A stretch of 64,000 bases of DNA, taken from the NCBI RefSeq assembly GCF_963676685.1, contig NC_092353.1:17670001-17734000 (forward strand). Direction: 5' to 3'. Within the stretch, counting starts at the first letter, position 1. The number at the start of each line of letters is the position of its first letter. This document shows positions 13,217 through 26,520 of this stretch, piece after piece. The notes beneath the pieces are model-generated. The model made no database searches. It was not told the DNA's origin and saw only the letters and a program-made list of their open reading frames with translations. Both the position numbers and the translations under genes were made by a program. The DNA comes from Mytilus edulis. Taxonomy: Eukaryota.

Positions 13217-14302
13217 ATGGATAAGCCATTCGTCACCTCATCTCCGTCAATAGATGATCAACACAAAACATCTCTTGAATTCTCTTCCAGATCAGGAGTT
13301 ATTCTTAAAACTGATGACACTGGGTCTGTTCGGATAAGACAAGAGTCCTCTCTGGATAATGATGTAGAAATCAAAACAACTATTTCATGCAAATTAGATT
13401 TTCACGATATTTCTGGAATTTCAATTGTAAGTCCAACAAAAGCATGGATTCATAATCCTCAAAGATTGAGACTAATTGACATTGAGACTGGTCGAATCAT
13501 TCGATCTTTTAAAACAGACATTATACTTCGCTATGTAAATGCCTTGAGTGATACTGCCATACTGTTTTTGTCGAGCAATGAAATTTTGAGGTTAAACATA
13601 AATGATGACCAAACATGTAATTTTCGAACGCTATTGGATGTTTCCGAAGGTGATAATGAAAGAACTCAGAAAAAACTAAATGTTTTCACGGTCTCACCAT
13701 CAGGCGAATTATATGTTTGCCTTACTAACCAGTGGGCATGCGCATGTTTTTCCGGAGAATTTTCTAGCATTGAACGATTTAGCATGGACGCAAAGCTTCT
13801 CCAAAAAGGTAAAATTAGAAATAAAAGAAACAATGTAATATGTAATGCGTATGCTATAGTAGTGAACAGTCACGGCTATATTTGTATTGCCGGAGAAAAA
13901 TTTGAAAGAGATGGTGAAGTTTGCGTGGTAATTCTTGATTCGCAATTTCGTTTCCACTCTTTTTACGATATCAATACTTTTATTCAAGAACATATTCCGT
14001 CAACACTTGCCACAGATATGAATGATAATTTCCTAGTTGTACACACATTTAAGGACAGGGTTAGACCATGGGATGACCCCCACTGGAGAGCTAAGAAAAG
14101 ACAAGATATAACTTTTGTGTCCGTAATTGATGAAAATGGTCAATTCTTATTTCACCCACCGATAGAAGAGGTTCCAATGAACGGTATCGTAAAGATTTGT
14201 ACGTTAGACACAAGTGGTAAAACATGGATGATAAGTGACACAGGTGAAATCATTATTTCTGTGTTTGAGCGCTTGGCAAAAAGAGTTGAAGAAGAAGAAT
14301 AA
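13217..14302 (+). CDS. Propeller family gene B (361 aa), short N-terminus
   Basis: Intact ORF colinear with gene C (VSPTKAWI, VFTVSPSGELYVC, WACACFS, VNSHGYICIAGEK, VIDENG); acceptor ccttgtag ends at 13065. Confidence 0.88.
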   Translation: MDKPFVTSSPSIDDQHKTSLEFSSRSGVILKTDDTGSVRIRQESSLDNDVEIKTTISCKLDFHDISGISIVSPTKAWIHNPQRLRLIDIETGRIIRSFKTDIILRYVNALSDTAILFLSSNEILRLNINDDQTCNFRTLLDVSEGDNERTQKKLNVFTVSPSGELYVCLTNQWACACFSGEFSSIERFSMDAKLLQKGKIRNKRNNVICNAYAIVVNSHGYICIAGEKFERDGEVCVVILDSQFRFHSFYDINTFIQEHIPSTLATDMNDNFLVVHTFKDRVRPWDDPHWRAKKRQDITFVSVIDENGQFLFHPPIEEVPMNGIVKICTLDTSGKTWMISDTGEIIISVFERLAKRVEEEE

Positions 14303-14859
14303 CAAAAGTTTGCCGTCTTATGGAGGACATGGATTATAAGTTTATATCATTGAAGAATATATGTTTTCTAGTTTGAGTTTTGTTAATGTTTTCCTAAATG
14401 TCCTATCTGCTTTTTCATAAACTATGTACTTACCTGGCACAATTTTATCCTTTGCATTCTATAACCATGTCCTTTTTTTGAAGTACGGAACCTCGTAAAT
14501 ACTAATTCAAGAATAGTTCATTAAAATACAATATACTTAAAAGAATGGTTGTATTCAATTTTAACCATTTTAATTTATCCTCACGTAACTTATGTTATAG
14601 AAGATTGTTCATATGACGAGGTTGTCGTCTAGACAATAAGAAATACATATTTGTAAACAATTATAAAAAAGCTCCAATGTTAACAGTTTGAAAAAAACCA
14701 GTTAAGGATAGACCACCTTTCAAATACATGTAACTGATAACAAGAATGTTAGTAATGTAGAATTACAAATTTAACAATATAGGTCTCATATATGGACTTC
14801 AACCTAGAAAACCGGCGTTGTACAATCCAGTCAAGACAACTCACAATACATTGCCACCA

Positions 14860-15320
14860 TAAAAGAGGGACGAAATATACCAGAGGGACAGTCAAACTCA
14901 TAAATCGAAAATAAACTGACAGCGCCATGGCTAAAAATGAAAAAGACAAACAGACAAACAATAGTACACATGACACAACATAGACAACTAAAGAATAAGC
15001 AACATGAACCCCACCAAAAACTAGGGGTGATCTCAGGTACTACGGAAGGGTAAGTAGATCCTGCTGAACATGTGGCATTCATGAAAGGGAAGGGGATTGT
15101 AGCTACGACGTAAGAAACATCCTATATCATCTGTGAAACGGTTATCCCATAACGGTCAACCAACTCGTGATGGCGTCCGTAAAATTTACTCTTGGTTTAA
15201 TAGCTTCCTTGTGAGCAGCAGCCCTATATCAAGAAAATCATGAAAGCACGGGAATATCGCATCAATTAGGAGATAGATACCCCGTATGCAGGTGCTGCTG
15301 GAATGTTGCTTCTTAGAAAC
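14860..15320 (-). mobile_element. Penelope-like element 3' portion
   Basis: Minus strand encodes SNIPAAPAYGYLS.LMR-like RT remnant (about 15255-15310), followed by the same 3' sequence seen at 41100-41250 and 43560-43790. Confidence 0.7.
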
Positions 15321-15429
15321 GATGGCTCAAATTCTCTAAGGCGAAGTTGACCTTATTTAAATGTGGAATTTTTAGAATCCTGTTTGATTATATAGATTCA
15401 TACATTTCTACGTTTTCAATCACGGGTTT

Positions 15430-16400
15430 CAAATGTGACGTATTTTTGTGCTTTTTTTTACAATTTCAAATGTGATGTCACTTTTTGCGATGAGGCTTTG
15501 ACTAACTCGGGTGTGTATTTTTTTGTGTTGGAATATATTGGTGTATGTAATGTATCCGGGTTTTTTTCTTTTATTTAATTAGTTAATACTTCAGTTTTAT
15601 CATGTATATCTATTATATACTAGTAGTAATTTTATAAAATTTACTGTTTACAAAAGTATAAATTATTCTAAATAATAAGGATGTTCTTATCCCAAGCAGA
15701 AACCCCTAGCCGTATTGGGCACATTATTTTTGACCTTTCAGTCCTCAGTGCTGTTCAACTTTGTACATGTTTTGGCTTTCGAACTTTTTTATCTGGGCGT
15801 CACTCGTTAGTCTTGTGTGGACGAAACGCACTTCTGGCGTATTAAATTTTAAACCTGATGCCTTTTGTTAGCTGTTATTTGTGTGTTTCTTTGTCCAATA
15901 TGTTCTCCTATTTATTTGTATTGTAGTCCAGTAATGTTATGTCGTCATTTTAATGTTATGTTTAACTTTGCTATAAAAGCGGGATGTTTTGTGGCAAAAC
16001 CAGGTTCTCTTTAAAAAAAAAATGTCCTGTTCCAAGTCAGGAATATGGCCATTGTTATACTATAGTTCGTTTCTGTGTGTGTTACATTTTAACGCTGTTT
16101 ATGTTGTGTCGGTTGTTTCCTCTTATATTTGAGTGAGAATTCAGATTACTATAAGTCGTGTCACGATACTTTTCTATCCCAAATTTATGTATTTAGTTTT
16201 GATGTTATATTTGTTATTCTCATCGGTTTATGTCTAATGCATAGTTCGTTTTTTTGTGTTACATTTTAATGTTGTGTCGTTGTTCTCCTCTTATATTTAA
16301 TGCGTTTCCCTCAGTTTTAGCTTGTAACCCGGATTTTTTTTCTTCATTTTTCTATCGATTTATGAGTTTCGAACAGCGGTATACTACTGCTGCCTGTATT
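15430..16400. mobile_element. Interspersed repeat with decayed hammerhead (about 15796-15840); inverted copies at 17805-18350 and 23348-24300
   Basis: Terminus gaacagcggtatactactgctgcc is the reverse complement of ggcaacagtagtataccgct at 23357, 17808 and 56399. Confidence 0.75.
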
Positions 16401-17104
16401 TGGTCGTTCCCGTTGAAGTAAAATCCTGAATACCACTTCACACATAGATTTTGAAGTGATTATTCATTTCAATATCGTAGACTGGAAGATGTTAATATGA
16501 TGCGTGAAAAATTCTCACAATACAAACCCAACATAGAACCTTAATCGAGACTCCAGGGTTAAACTTTTACCAAAATAATGATAATAATAATTCATTTTAT
16601 TATTGTGTCACATATTGATTGACATACATATAATACAGTAGCATTAAAAAAAACACAAAACAATCAATACCAAGTAATATTATTTTGGCTTAAAAGACAC
16701 ATTGCACACAATATATACCTGTTTTTTGAATTTTCAACGATGCTTTGAAACACTATAAATCTAAAATCTTTACCGTATATCGATTCGTTTTCTCTAAACA
16801 GAGGAACATTATCTTAGCTAATTTTTAGACTTCTTAAGAGGCTCCTGTATTAATCCTGCCACATACGAATAAAGAAACAAAGCGGTGATAAGAGCTGTTC
16901 TCATACTATTGCTGAATATTTTTTCATTTTTTTTTTAAACAATCGCAATTCTAACATAACAATTATGATATGAATAAAATAATAAATCGTCTTGATGATA
17001 AAAGCTCAATCGAAATATAATCCAAATTCTGAGACGTGCATCTCAAAGTATCAATATTTGTTATTCTATTCATTAAACGAGATACTTGTACATGTTGTTA
17101 AATA

Positions 17105-17660
17105 AAAAAGAATATGTGGTATGATTGTCAATGAGACAACTCTCCACAAGACCAAAATGACACAGAAATTAACAACTATAGGTCACCATACGGCCAGAAA
17201 CAATGAGCAAAGCCTATACCGCATAGTCAGCTATAAAAACCCGAAATGACAATGTAAAACTATTCAAACTAGAAAACAAACGGCCTTATTTATATTAAAA
17301 ATGAACGAAAAACAATTATGTAAAACATAAACAAACGGCAACCACTGAATTACAGACTCCTGACTTGAGACAGACACATACATACCTAATGTGGCGGGGT
17401 TAACATGTTAGCGGGATTCCAACCCTCCCCCTAACCTGGGACAGTGGTATAACAGTACAACATAAGAACAAACTATAAAAATCAGTTGAAGAAGGCTTAA
17501 CTCATCAGATGGACAAAATACAAATGGACGTGGCCGGGTACTTGTACATCACAACAACAAAACGACACTAGGAACAGATCTGACAATACTCGCAGTTAAC
17601 TGACAGCTAGTTCAAAGCCACTAACAACTTATAAAAAAAATCATGCATCTAAGACTAAAT
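17105..17660. mobile_element. Interspersed repeat of about 550 bp; other copies at 47361-47870 (inverted) and 3880-4565
   Basis: atgtggtatgattgtcaatgagacaactc... is highly similar to the reverse complement of 47361-47870. Confidence 0.85.
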
Positions 17661-18959
17661 TGTTTTCTGATGTTTAAGTAGAACCATTACTTTATCATGT
17701 TTATAGGACCGTTTTATTCCTTATGGATTGGTTTTTATTTGAAAACTTTGTAAGAGGAAAAATCACAAAAATACTAAGCTCTGAGGAAAATTCAAAAAGA
17801 AAAATAACGGCAACAGTAGTATGCCGCTGTTCGAAACTCATAAATCGATTAAGAAAAAACAAATCCGGGTTACAAACTAAAACTGAGGGAAACGCATCAA
17901 ATATAACAGGAGAACAACGACACAACAGAAACTCAACATTAAAATGTAACACACACAGAAACGAACTATAATATCACAATGGCCATTTTCTTGACTTGGT
18001 ACAGGACATTTTAAGAAATAAAATGGTGGGTTGAATCTGGTTTTGTGGCATGCCAAACCTTTCGCTTTTATGACAATGTTAAATATGACATTAAAATGAC
18101 AACATTACATGACAGGACTACAATACAAATAAATGGGAGAACATATAGGACTAAGAAACACACGAATACTACCTAACAAAAGGTACCAGGTTCAAAATTT
18201 AATAAGCCAGACGTGCCTATCGTTCACACATGACTAAGCAGTGACGCTCAGATGAAAAACATTCGAAAGCCAAAACAAGTACAAAGTTGAAGAGCTCTGA
18301 GAACCAAAAGTTTCAAAAGGTTGTGCCCAATACTGCTAGGATTTTCTGGGAAAGTCCCTCATCCAATGGCAAAATCAAACGCTCAAACACATTTGTGCAT
18401 TAAAGTGTGTATTATGTTCATGTGCAAATAAAAAAGAAATGCATTATAAAAAAAAGCTTAAACACATCATACGAATGGACACCATCTGTCATATTCCTGA
18501 CTTTGTACAGGCATTTTCTGATGTAGAGAATAATGGATTGAACCTGGTTTCATAGCTACCTAAACCTCTCACTTGTATGATTGTCGCATTAATTTTTCGT
18601 AATCTGTATTACAAATTACAAAAAATTTATCTATATCAAGGAATTTCGGCATGTTCGATGGTGATTTTGTTTTATTTATTTCATTTGTTATACTAATCTA
18701 AATTTGATCTCTTAAGATTAATCGCTAAATTTACGAAAAATAAAGATCTGGTTTTCATTAGAGATCAGACAATTACAAAACGCAATGATAGAATTATTCG
18801 AACAAGTCATAAGCCTGTCTTCAAGATGGTGGCAACTCTTAACAAGCGATTCGGACGCAGCTAATTAATAAAATGTTATGTTTGTGTTTTTACATAACAG
18901 TAAATGAGAGCACATCTTTGAAACAGAAATCCAGTACACATTTAAAATGAAATCGCAAT

Positions 18960-21342
18960 AGAACTGTTATATGTTATATGTAACGGCTGCTTTGAACTGG
19001 GTAAAGTACCTGAGCAATGGACCCAAGGGATAGTTAATTAAATACTCAAACCAGGAACACAAGACAACCGACTACCATCAAATTACCGGGGAATAACGCT
19101 TGTGTCCGTACCCAGTAAGATATATTGCAGTGTACTAAACAACCGCCTGAACGCTTTTTTTGAAGAAAACAATATTCTTTGTGAGGAGCAGAATGGATTC
19201 CGCAGCAAACGTAGTTGTGAAGAGCATATTTGGAGTTTATTTAGCGTTATTTCAAATAGGAAAATTTCAAAACATTCAACTTTTGTTAGTTTTATTGATA
19301 TGCGGAAAGCTTTTGACTCTGTACCAAGAAATTTGTTGTGGTTTAAACTTCGAAAAGTTGGAATAAGTGGCAAATTTCTGTCTGCTCTACAGTCCTTATA
19401 TGAGAATGTTAGATGTACAGTTCGTGTCAATGACAGACATACACCATGGTTTAATGTGAACTGCGGAGTTAAGCAAGGCTGTTTATTGTCTCCCACGTTA
19501 TTTGCCGCCTACATCAACGACCTTGCTGAACGTATCAATAATCTAAATTGTGGTGTTCACATCGATGATACTATGCTGAGTATACTTTTATATGCAGATG
19601 ACATTGCACTGATTGCTCCGGACGAGGAAAGTCTTCAGAAGATGTTAGATACTGTTTCGGAGTGGTGCCGTGAATGGAAAATTGATATAAATCCAATCAA
19701 AAGCAACGTTATCCATTTCAGGAATAAACCTGTCAGTCGATCGGACTCCCCATTCAAATGTTCCGACTTGGATATTGAGTACACTTCTTCATACAAATAC
19801 TTGGGCATATGGTTCGACGAGCATTTGACTATGGACAAAGCAGTTAAGGAACTTTCGAAGTCAGCTAGCAGGGCACTAGGCGCGCTATATGGAAAGTTCA
19901 TTAGTGCTGGTGGAATGACTCACAGTGTGTACACAAAATTATATTCCACTATGGTAGAACCTGTTTTATTCTACGGAGCAGGCATTTGGGGAACTAAAAC
20001 ATTTTCAGTGATTAATTCGATTCAAAATAAAGCATCAAAGTTATTCTTGTCAGCTGGTAAATATACATCAAATACCGCCGTCAGAGGTGACATTGGATGG
20101 TCCTCGTGTTTTACCAAACAGCGTATTGCTTGTATTCGTCTGATGTGTCGAATTACTAGATCTGATGATGTCCGTATTACCCGTAAGATATCAGCATGGA
20201 TTGCAAATAGGCGTAAGGGATGGTACTACCAAGTTAGCAAAATGATACAAAAGTGTAATGCTACGGACATAGTGAACGATAATAACATTACGACAAAAAC
20301 TGCGATGAGAACAATTTATGAGCGCGTAATTATTGTAGACAACGACGAATTTGTTAGCGAACTTTTTAATGACAAGAATAATCCAAACGGCAATAAACTA
20401 CGTACATATAGACAATACAAAGAAAAAGTAGAAACAGAAAAATATTTGAAACTTCAGTTGCCGAGATCGGTCCAACGAGTTGTTGCCCTGTTCCGAAGTG
20501 GATCGCTTCCGTTGGCAATCGAGACAGGCCGATACGCACGACCGCAAATACCAGTTAATGAAAGAAGTTGTAAATTCTGTCCGGATGACGTCTTAGAAAA
20601 CGAGAAACATTTTTTAATGAACTGCACTATGTATGATGACTTAAGATATAATTTATTTCTCGAGCCAAAAACTTTATAGAAAACTTTGATACTCTTGATA
20701 TTGACAGTCAATTTATCAGTCTTATGAAATGTAAAGAAATACAATCCTCATTATCATACGCACTTTTCAATTTTTATCAGAGAAGAAAGAAATTTATTTG
20801 AATGTTAACATATGTTTTTCATAGTTATATTTTTAAAGTCTTTTTACTATCGTTGTTATTATTGTTACTTTTAAGTACGGATATTTTTAGCTAGATCATT
20901 TATTTTATATCATCACATTTAAATTATTTTTGTCTCCCTAAAAATATTTTTTTTTTTGTTCTTTTTCTTTTTGTTAGTTTTTATTCAAGAAGTGTATCCG
21001 GTTTTTGGCAAAACCTTTTAAACATTGCTTATGTTTTTAATCTGTAATTTCTTTATTAATATAGTCTATCTAATATTAATTGATACTTTTACTAGTAAAT
21101 ATTTTAAAAGCAGTTTACTTAATGTGATAAACCAGTAATTATTTTTGAATTGTATAAAGAAATGCTCATTTTATTTTTTTATATAAATGTACAGTTGTCT
21201 GATGTGTTTTAAAGTGTCTCATAAGTCTATTCTAAGGCTGGATATTTGATTTCTGTTTGTATTATGAATTGTTGTATATATATATTGTCTGATCAAATAT
21301 GTGACACTATAATAAAATAATTATTTATTTTATTTATTTATT
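18960..21342 (+). mobile_element. 5'-truncated non-LTR retrotransposon (RTE-X-like; clade uncertain)
   Basis: RT coding sequence begins mid-domain (CFELGKVPEQWTQGIVN*ILKPG...NYRGITL); the 3' UTR ends in a gtgtctcata...tatgtgacac inverted repeat, AATAAA and a (TTAT)n tail. Confidence 0.9.
19102..20801 (+). pseudogene. LINE ORF2 reverse transcriptase with C-terminal CCHC zinc knuckle (disrupted)
   Basis: Motifs QNGFR, FIDMRKAFDSV, GVKQGCLLSPTLF, LLYADD, YKYLG and ERSCKFC...ENEKHFLMNC. In-frame TAA upstream of 19102; apparent 1-nt frameshift near 20663, after which AKNFIENFD...RRKKFI* continues to 20801. Confidence 0.9.
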
Positions 21343-21430
21343 ATCTAAAAATTCCAATAAATATAATATTTTGCCAAAACACAGCAATGGGTGTCATGTT
21401 ATTTACATACATAACAAAATGTATATTTAA

Positions 21431-21594
21431 GAAATAATTCATGGAAGCCATAGATTTGTTGGAAATTTACACATGGCCTGGGCCGTGATATTCGAATTTT
21501 ATCCTGAGCGTTAGCGAGGGATAAAATTAACGAATATCACGGCCCAGGCCATGTGTAAATTTACAACAAATCTATGGCTTCCATGAATTATTTC
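21431..21594. repeat. Near-perfect inverted repeat (arms of about 74 bp), probably the head of a non-autonomous element extending to about 22350
   Basis: gaaataattcatggaagccatagatttgttg...gatattcgaattttatcc / ggataaaattaacgaatatc...caacaaatctatggcttccatgaattatttc, loop tgaGCGTTAGCGag. Confidence 0.9.
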
Positions 21595-22828
21595 GATTCT
21601 AATAGGACAAATACGATCATGAAGCGATGATGGGTATACCGTGTGTGTGGCTGTTCTATTTTACCCACTGTTCGATAATTGTAAAACAAATCTAATAAAC
21701 CTGCATGAATGATTTCTTAACTAACCGCTAGAAATAAAATGTGATTACTTTTTTTACTTCTCAGTAAACCCAACATTTGCAATTTTAGATTTTTTTATCG
21801 TAAGCTACCGTCAAATTCACTGTTGACATGTTGTAACCAAGGAGCCGCCATGTTGACTTGCTGAAATCAGTAAATGTGCGAATATTGCAATAGAACAGAA
21901 AACAAGCAACACCTACCTCAATACTTTATTTTAAAACAATTGTATCCGAGTTTAGAAGGTAAACGCAATAGAAAAACTTTCAGCTTTGACGTTTTCATTC
22001 GTATGACGTCATGTTTTGAAACGACGTTAATGCGCAAAAATCATTACTGGAATTTCGCGGAATTTTAATTTATTTTGGTTTTTGTCCATTTTTCCGTTCT
22101 CTAATGTGTAAATTCTTTTTGTTATGCATCAGAATCAGAATAAATGTTCTCTAGGGTTTTATTCAATTGTAATTGTTAACACAGCGAAATCCACAACCGT
22201 TTACACATAGGTTACGATACATATGAATTTACGTGGGAGGCATATTTAAACAGCGATTTGTGTACATCTTGGAGTCTGCGCTAAGTATAGATATATCGAG
22301 AATTTTAGCACGGTGTTGTTTACAAAGCGAAAGAAGCACGTCATATTAGAATGGACGATATTTCCTTACTTTTAAAGGTTTTCTCTACAAAACAAGAATA
22401 TCAAACATACACATAAACAAATTTGCCGTCTCAAAACTATAAGTATATTTACTGTTAAAACTTAGAAAACGGCAAATAATGACACAAAAAGATCACTTTT
22501 TATAAATAGAGATAATTATATAGACTTTCCTACATTAAAAAATCCTAAAATTACACCCCCTCTCATTCTTAATGATAACAGACATGGGATAGTAAAACAT
22601 ATCTTATATAAAAATAGTGAAATACTGTATGAATGTCACATTTCAAAGACGAAAGTAGAAAGATGTCAATATACTGTTTACAAAATTTTGAATTTTTGAA
22701 AAACTAAGGCTTTTCTACCTCAGGCATAGATTACCTTAGCTGTATTTGGCATAACTTTTAGGAATTTTGGTCCTTAATGCTCTTCAACTTCGTACTTTAT
22801 TTGGCCCTTTTAACTTTTTTGGATTCGA

Positions 22829-22872
22829 GCGTCACTGATGAGTCTTTTGTAGACGAAACGCGCGTCTGGCGT
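22829..22872 (+). ncRNA. Minimal type I hammerhead ribozyme within a partial retrozyme (about 22673-22912)
   Basis: gcgtca-CTGATGA-gtct(tttgt)agac-GAAA-cgcgcg-TC^tggcgt: intact core, 4-bp stem II, palindromic stem III and 6-bp stem I. Confidence 0.88.
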
Positions 22873-23347
22873 ATATACAAAATTTAGTCCTGGTATCTAT
22901 GATGAGTTTATTTATATGAAAAACCAAAGTCATTTTGATTGCCTATCTCGTCAGTGGTAGTCGAAACTAAATGTTAAAAATTACATATACATTGTATTCA
23001 AATGTTAAAGAATAAATACTACCAATAATAGACAGTAAAATTAGCGGGAATGACACTGGTACCTTGTAAAATTAGATCTTAATACTTTGACTCTGTCCTA
23101 CAAAGCTATATGTTTTTTTTCCCTTATTATTGTATTTACTTTACTACATAACCTTATATAGATATTATTTTTAGTCGTGATCGTTATCATAAGTTGTAAG
23201 TTGATCTATCTGCACAACTTCCCTTTCCTTCTTTTTAAATAATATTTTTCCTATTGGATCTACTTATTATAAATTTCACTTCCTGATTACAGTATGAAAT
23301 ATTTGCCACTGGATGGACAAAAGTAAAAACATTTAATCAATATCTGC

Positions 23348-24300
23348 TAAATAAAGGCAACAGTAGTATACCGCTTTTCAAACTCATAAATCCATGGACA
23401 AAAAACAAAATCGGGGTAACAAACTAAAACTGACGGAAACGCATAAATATAAGAGGAGAACAACGACACAACACTGTAAAAAACACACACAGAAACAGAC
23501 CAAGCATCAGACAAAATCCCACGAGAATAACAAATATAACATCAAAACCGAATACATGAATTTGGGATAGACAAGTACTATGACACGTCTTATCGCAATG
23601 TCAATTTACACTAAAAAATAAGAGAAAACAAACGACGTAACGTTGAATTGTAACACACACAGAAACATTAATATTACAGGACTACAATACAAATAAATAG
23701 GAAAACGTATTAGACAAAGAAACACATGATTAATGAATAACAAAAAGCATCAGGTTTAAAATTTAATACGCCAAAAACGCGCCTCGTCCACACAAGACTC
23801 ACCAGTGACGCCCAGATATAAAATATCGAAAGCGAAAATAAAGTACAAAGTTGTACAGCACTGAAGATCAAAAGTTGAAAAAGGTTGTGTCAAATACGGC
23901 TAAGTTTTTATGCTTGGAATAAGAACATCCTTATCATTTAGAACAATTAATTCTATTGCAAACAGTAAATTTTATCAAATGAATATAACAGATATACATA
24001 ATGAAACTGAAGTATTAACTCATTACATAAAACAAACACGAATACATTATGAATGACCAACACAGAATAGACACACCCGACTCAGTCCAGGCCTCAACGC
24101 AGTAAATTATGAAAATGACGTCACATACGATGGTGAAAAGGCATTAAAAATTACGTCACATACGATGGTGAAAGGCATTACAAATTACGTCAATTTGAAT
24201 ATATGAAATTTCTGAAACAGCAGAAAAATTACGTCACATATGAAAAACTATATCTCAAAAGTAAGATAGAATTAGGATTGATTAAAGATTAAAATAGAAT
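23348..24300. mobile_element. Interspersed repeat (inverted copy of 15430-16400) ending in short tandem repeats containing TGACGTCA/TTACGTCA
   Basis: Direct similarity; repeats of acgtcacatacgatggtgaaa(a)ggcatta at about 24118-24240. Confidence 0.75.
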
Positions 24301-25278
24301 TAAATACTGATATTGCATTTAAACACAATGCAAACAAAGTAAAAACATTTTGCTGATTAAATTGCATTGCTACGTATATGTAATTATAATTGAATAGTTT
24401 TACGTGTTTTCTTTTATAATGTGGTGAATAGAAGAAAGTATATGTAACTCGTGATCCTTATCACAAGTTGTAAAATGATCGCTCCTTAACAACTTCCGTT
24501 TCCTTTCTTTTTTTAAGCACATCTTGTTTTTACGTCTTAATTAAAATATCAAAATTTGTATATATTTATCTTGTGAGGAGTGTTAAAAGCATTACGGTTA
24601 TTTTTATTGGAACTTTGAGTACATTTAGAAGGTAATTTTTCTGCTATTTTGAGTAAGGTATGCAAAATTTGCAAAATGAATGCATGAGTCGTATATACAT
24701 CCGTTTCTAGTTCTGCTGATATTTCTCATTTGTACAAAATAGTTTTGGAAGACATATTTTATATTTAAAGAATTTCAGAAAGGAGAAGGTTTACAGCTTT
24801 CATTTTTAGTTTGTTACCCCGATTTTGTTTTTTGTCCATGGATTTATGAGTTTGAACATCGGTATACTACTGTTGCCTTTATTTACAGCATGTATTCCTT
24901 CGAATGAATGTAACAAGTCCATATATTAAAAATATGATATTGTTTAAAATATTCTTAATGATGTGTGAGCATTTTCAGTTGTTATTTTGATACTTTTTGT
25001 TGGGGGATGTCTTTCATAATTGCTTTCTTTTATTGTTTTAAGTTTTGATAAGTGAGTTCGATATCCGAACTAAATTGTTTCATTTTTGTCAAGCGGATGG
25101 ATCTCATAGCTTTCTTCGTATGGGTGTGTTCACTGCTGAAGGCCATACCATGACCTGGAATTGTTTGTTTTCCACATCTTTTTATTCCTTTTATCAGTTT
25201 TACAGCTTATATTCTTGTATTGTAAATAATTACATGACTTTTAAATGTTTGTTATTGTATTACAGATATAAAAAAACT

Positions 25279-26520
25279 ATGTCATCTAAAGAGAATCTTT
25301 GCGAGGCAGATTTCACTGCAAAACAATCAAAAGATCTTAATGAACAAGACAAGACAACAAAAATTGAAGACAAAGAAGATTTAAAGGATGAAGTATTTAC
25401 CGAAGACATGCAAAATGATGAAATAATCACGGTATCTACAGAAACCTCTTCTATTCTTCAAACTCCAACTGCTGAAGCGGACGCATTACAATTAACCTCC
25501 AGTTTAGGACTGTCCTTGAAATCGGATGATACGGACTTTATAGAAATGAGAAAGGATCTGAAAACCGATAATGATTCCGAAATCGAATGTGTTGCGTCCT
25601 TCAGATTAGACTTTAGTGACGTTTCAAGAATTTCCTGCGTTAGTCCGACAAAAGCTTGGATTAGTAGTAGCAGTAAAATAAGGCTGGTCGATATTGAAAA
25701 TGGTCAAGTACTAAGGTCATATAAATCAGACGTTCCTGTCTGTTTCCTGAATGCTTTGAATGAAACTAGTTTTCTTTTTTCATCAGGCAATGAAATTTCT
25801 AAACTAAGCATTGCTAACGACAATACAAGCAAACTAGAAACATTCCTTGACTTTTCCGCTGGTGGCAAGAAATCAGTACAGCGCAGATTAGATGTATTTA
25901 CACTTTCACCATCCGGGGATTTGATCGTTTGCATTACCCAGAAATGGACATGTGCCTGCTTTTCTTCAATAGCTTCCCTTATTGAAAGATATGACAATGA
26001 GGCAAAACTAGTTCAATCAGGCAAAATTCAAAATAAGGGAAAGAAATTAATTTGTGATGCCTACTCTTTAATAGTAAATAGCAATGGTAACATTTGTATT
26101 GCAGGAGAGAAAGCCCAGCAAAAAGGGGAATACTGGGTTGTTGTTCTTGATTCAAATTTCCACTTTCGGTATTTTTACGACAGAAATACAACTTCTCAGA
26201 TACATAATCCATCATCGCTAGCTACAGATTTGAAAAATAATGTTCTGATTGTGAACACCTTTAGAGATAGGACAAAGAGAAAGGTAACAGTTGAAATGGC
26301 TAAAAAGAAGAAAGAACTGACATATGTCGCGATCATTGATGAGAATGGTATATTCCGACTTCATTTACCAACTGATGCATTTCATTCGGATGGACCAGTA
26401 AGATTCATCACAATTGATAATAAGAGTAAGGCTTGGATGATAACGGATGCAGGACAAATAATTGTTGCCACTTTTAAGGATTTATCGAAAAGGGTTGAAC
26501 CAAGTCACGATGAAAAATGA
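25279..26520 (+). CDS. Propeller family gene C (413 aa), acidic N-terminus
   Basis: Acceptor tattacag ends at 25265 with the ATG 13 nt later (MSSKENL...). The computed ORF extension from 25045 is probably intronic. Contains WTCACFS and the blade motifs. Confidence 0.9.
   Translation: MSSKENLCEADFTAKQSKDLNEQDKTTKIEDKEDLKDEVFTEDMQNDEIITVSTETSSILQTPTAEADALQLTSSLGLSLKSDDTDFIEMRKDLKTDNDSEIECVASFRLDFSDVSRISCVSPTKAWISSSSKIRLVDIENGQVLRSYKSDVPVCFLNALNETSFLFSSGNEISKLSIANDNTSKLETFLDFSAGGKKSVQRRLDVFTLSPSGDLIVCITQKWTCACFSSIASLIERYDNEAKLVQSGKIQNKGKKLICDAYSLIVNSNGNICIAGEKAQQKGEYWVVVLDSNFHFRYFYDRNTTSQIHNPSSLATDLKNNVLIVNTFRDRTKRKVTVEMAKKKKELTYVAIIDENGIFRLHLPTDAFHSDGPVRFITIDNKSKAWMITDAGQIIVATFKDLSKRVEPSHDEK

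Noticed and set aside
19102-20679. Active or domesticated reverse transcriptase
   Set aside because: 5'-truncated, no endonuclease, upstream in-frame stop and C-terminal frameshift.
25045-25278. N-terminal extension of gene C (likewise 39380-39448 for gene E)
   Set aside because: Non-ATG start and intron-like T-rich sequence ending in a canonical acceptor just before the ATG.
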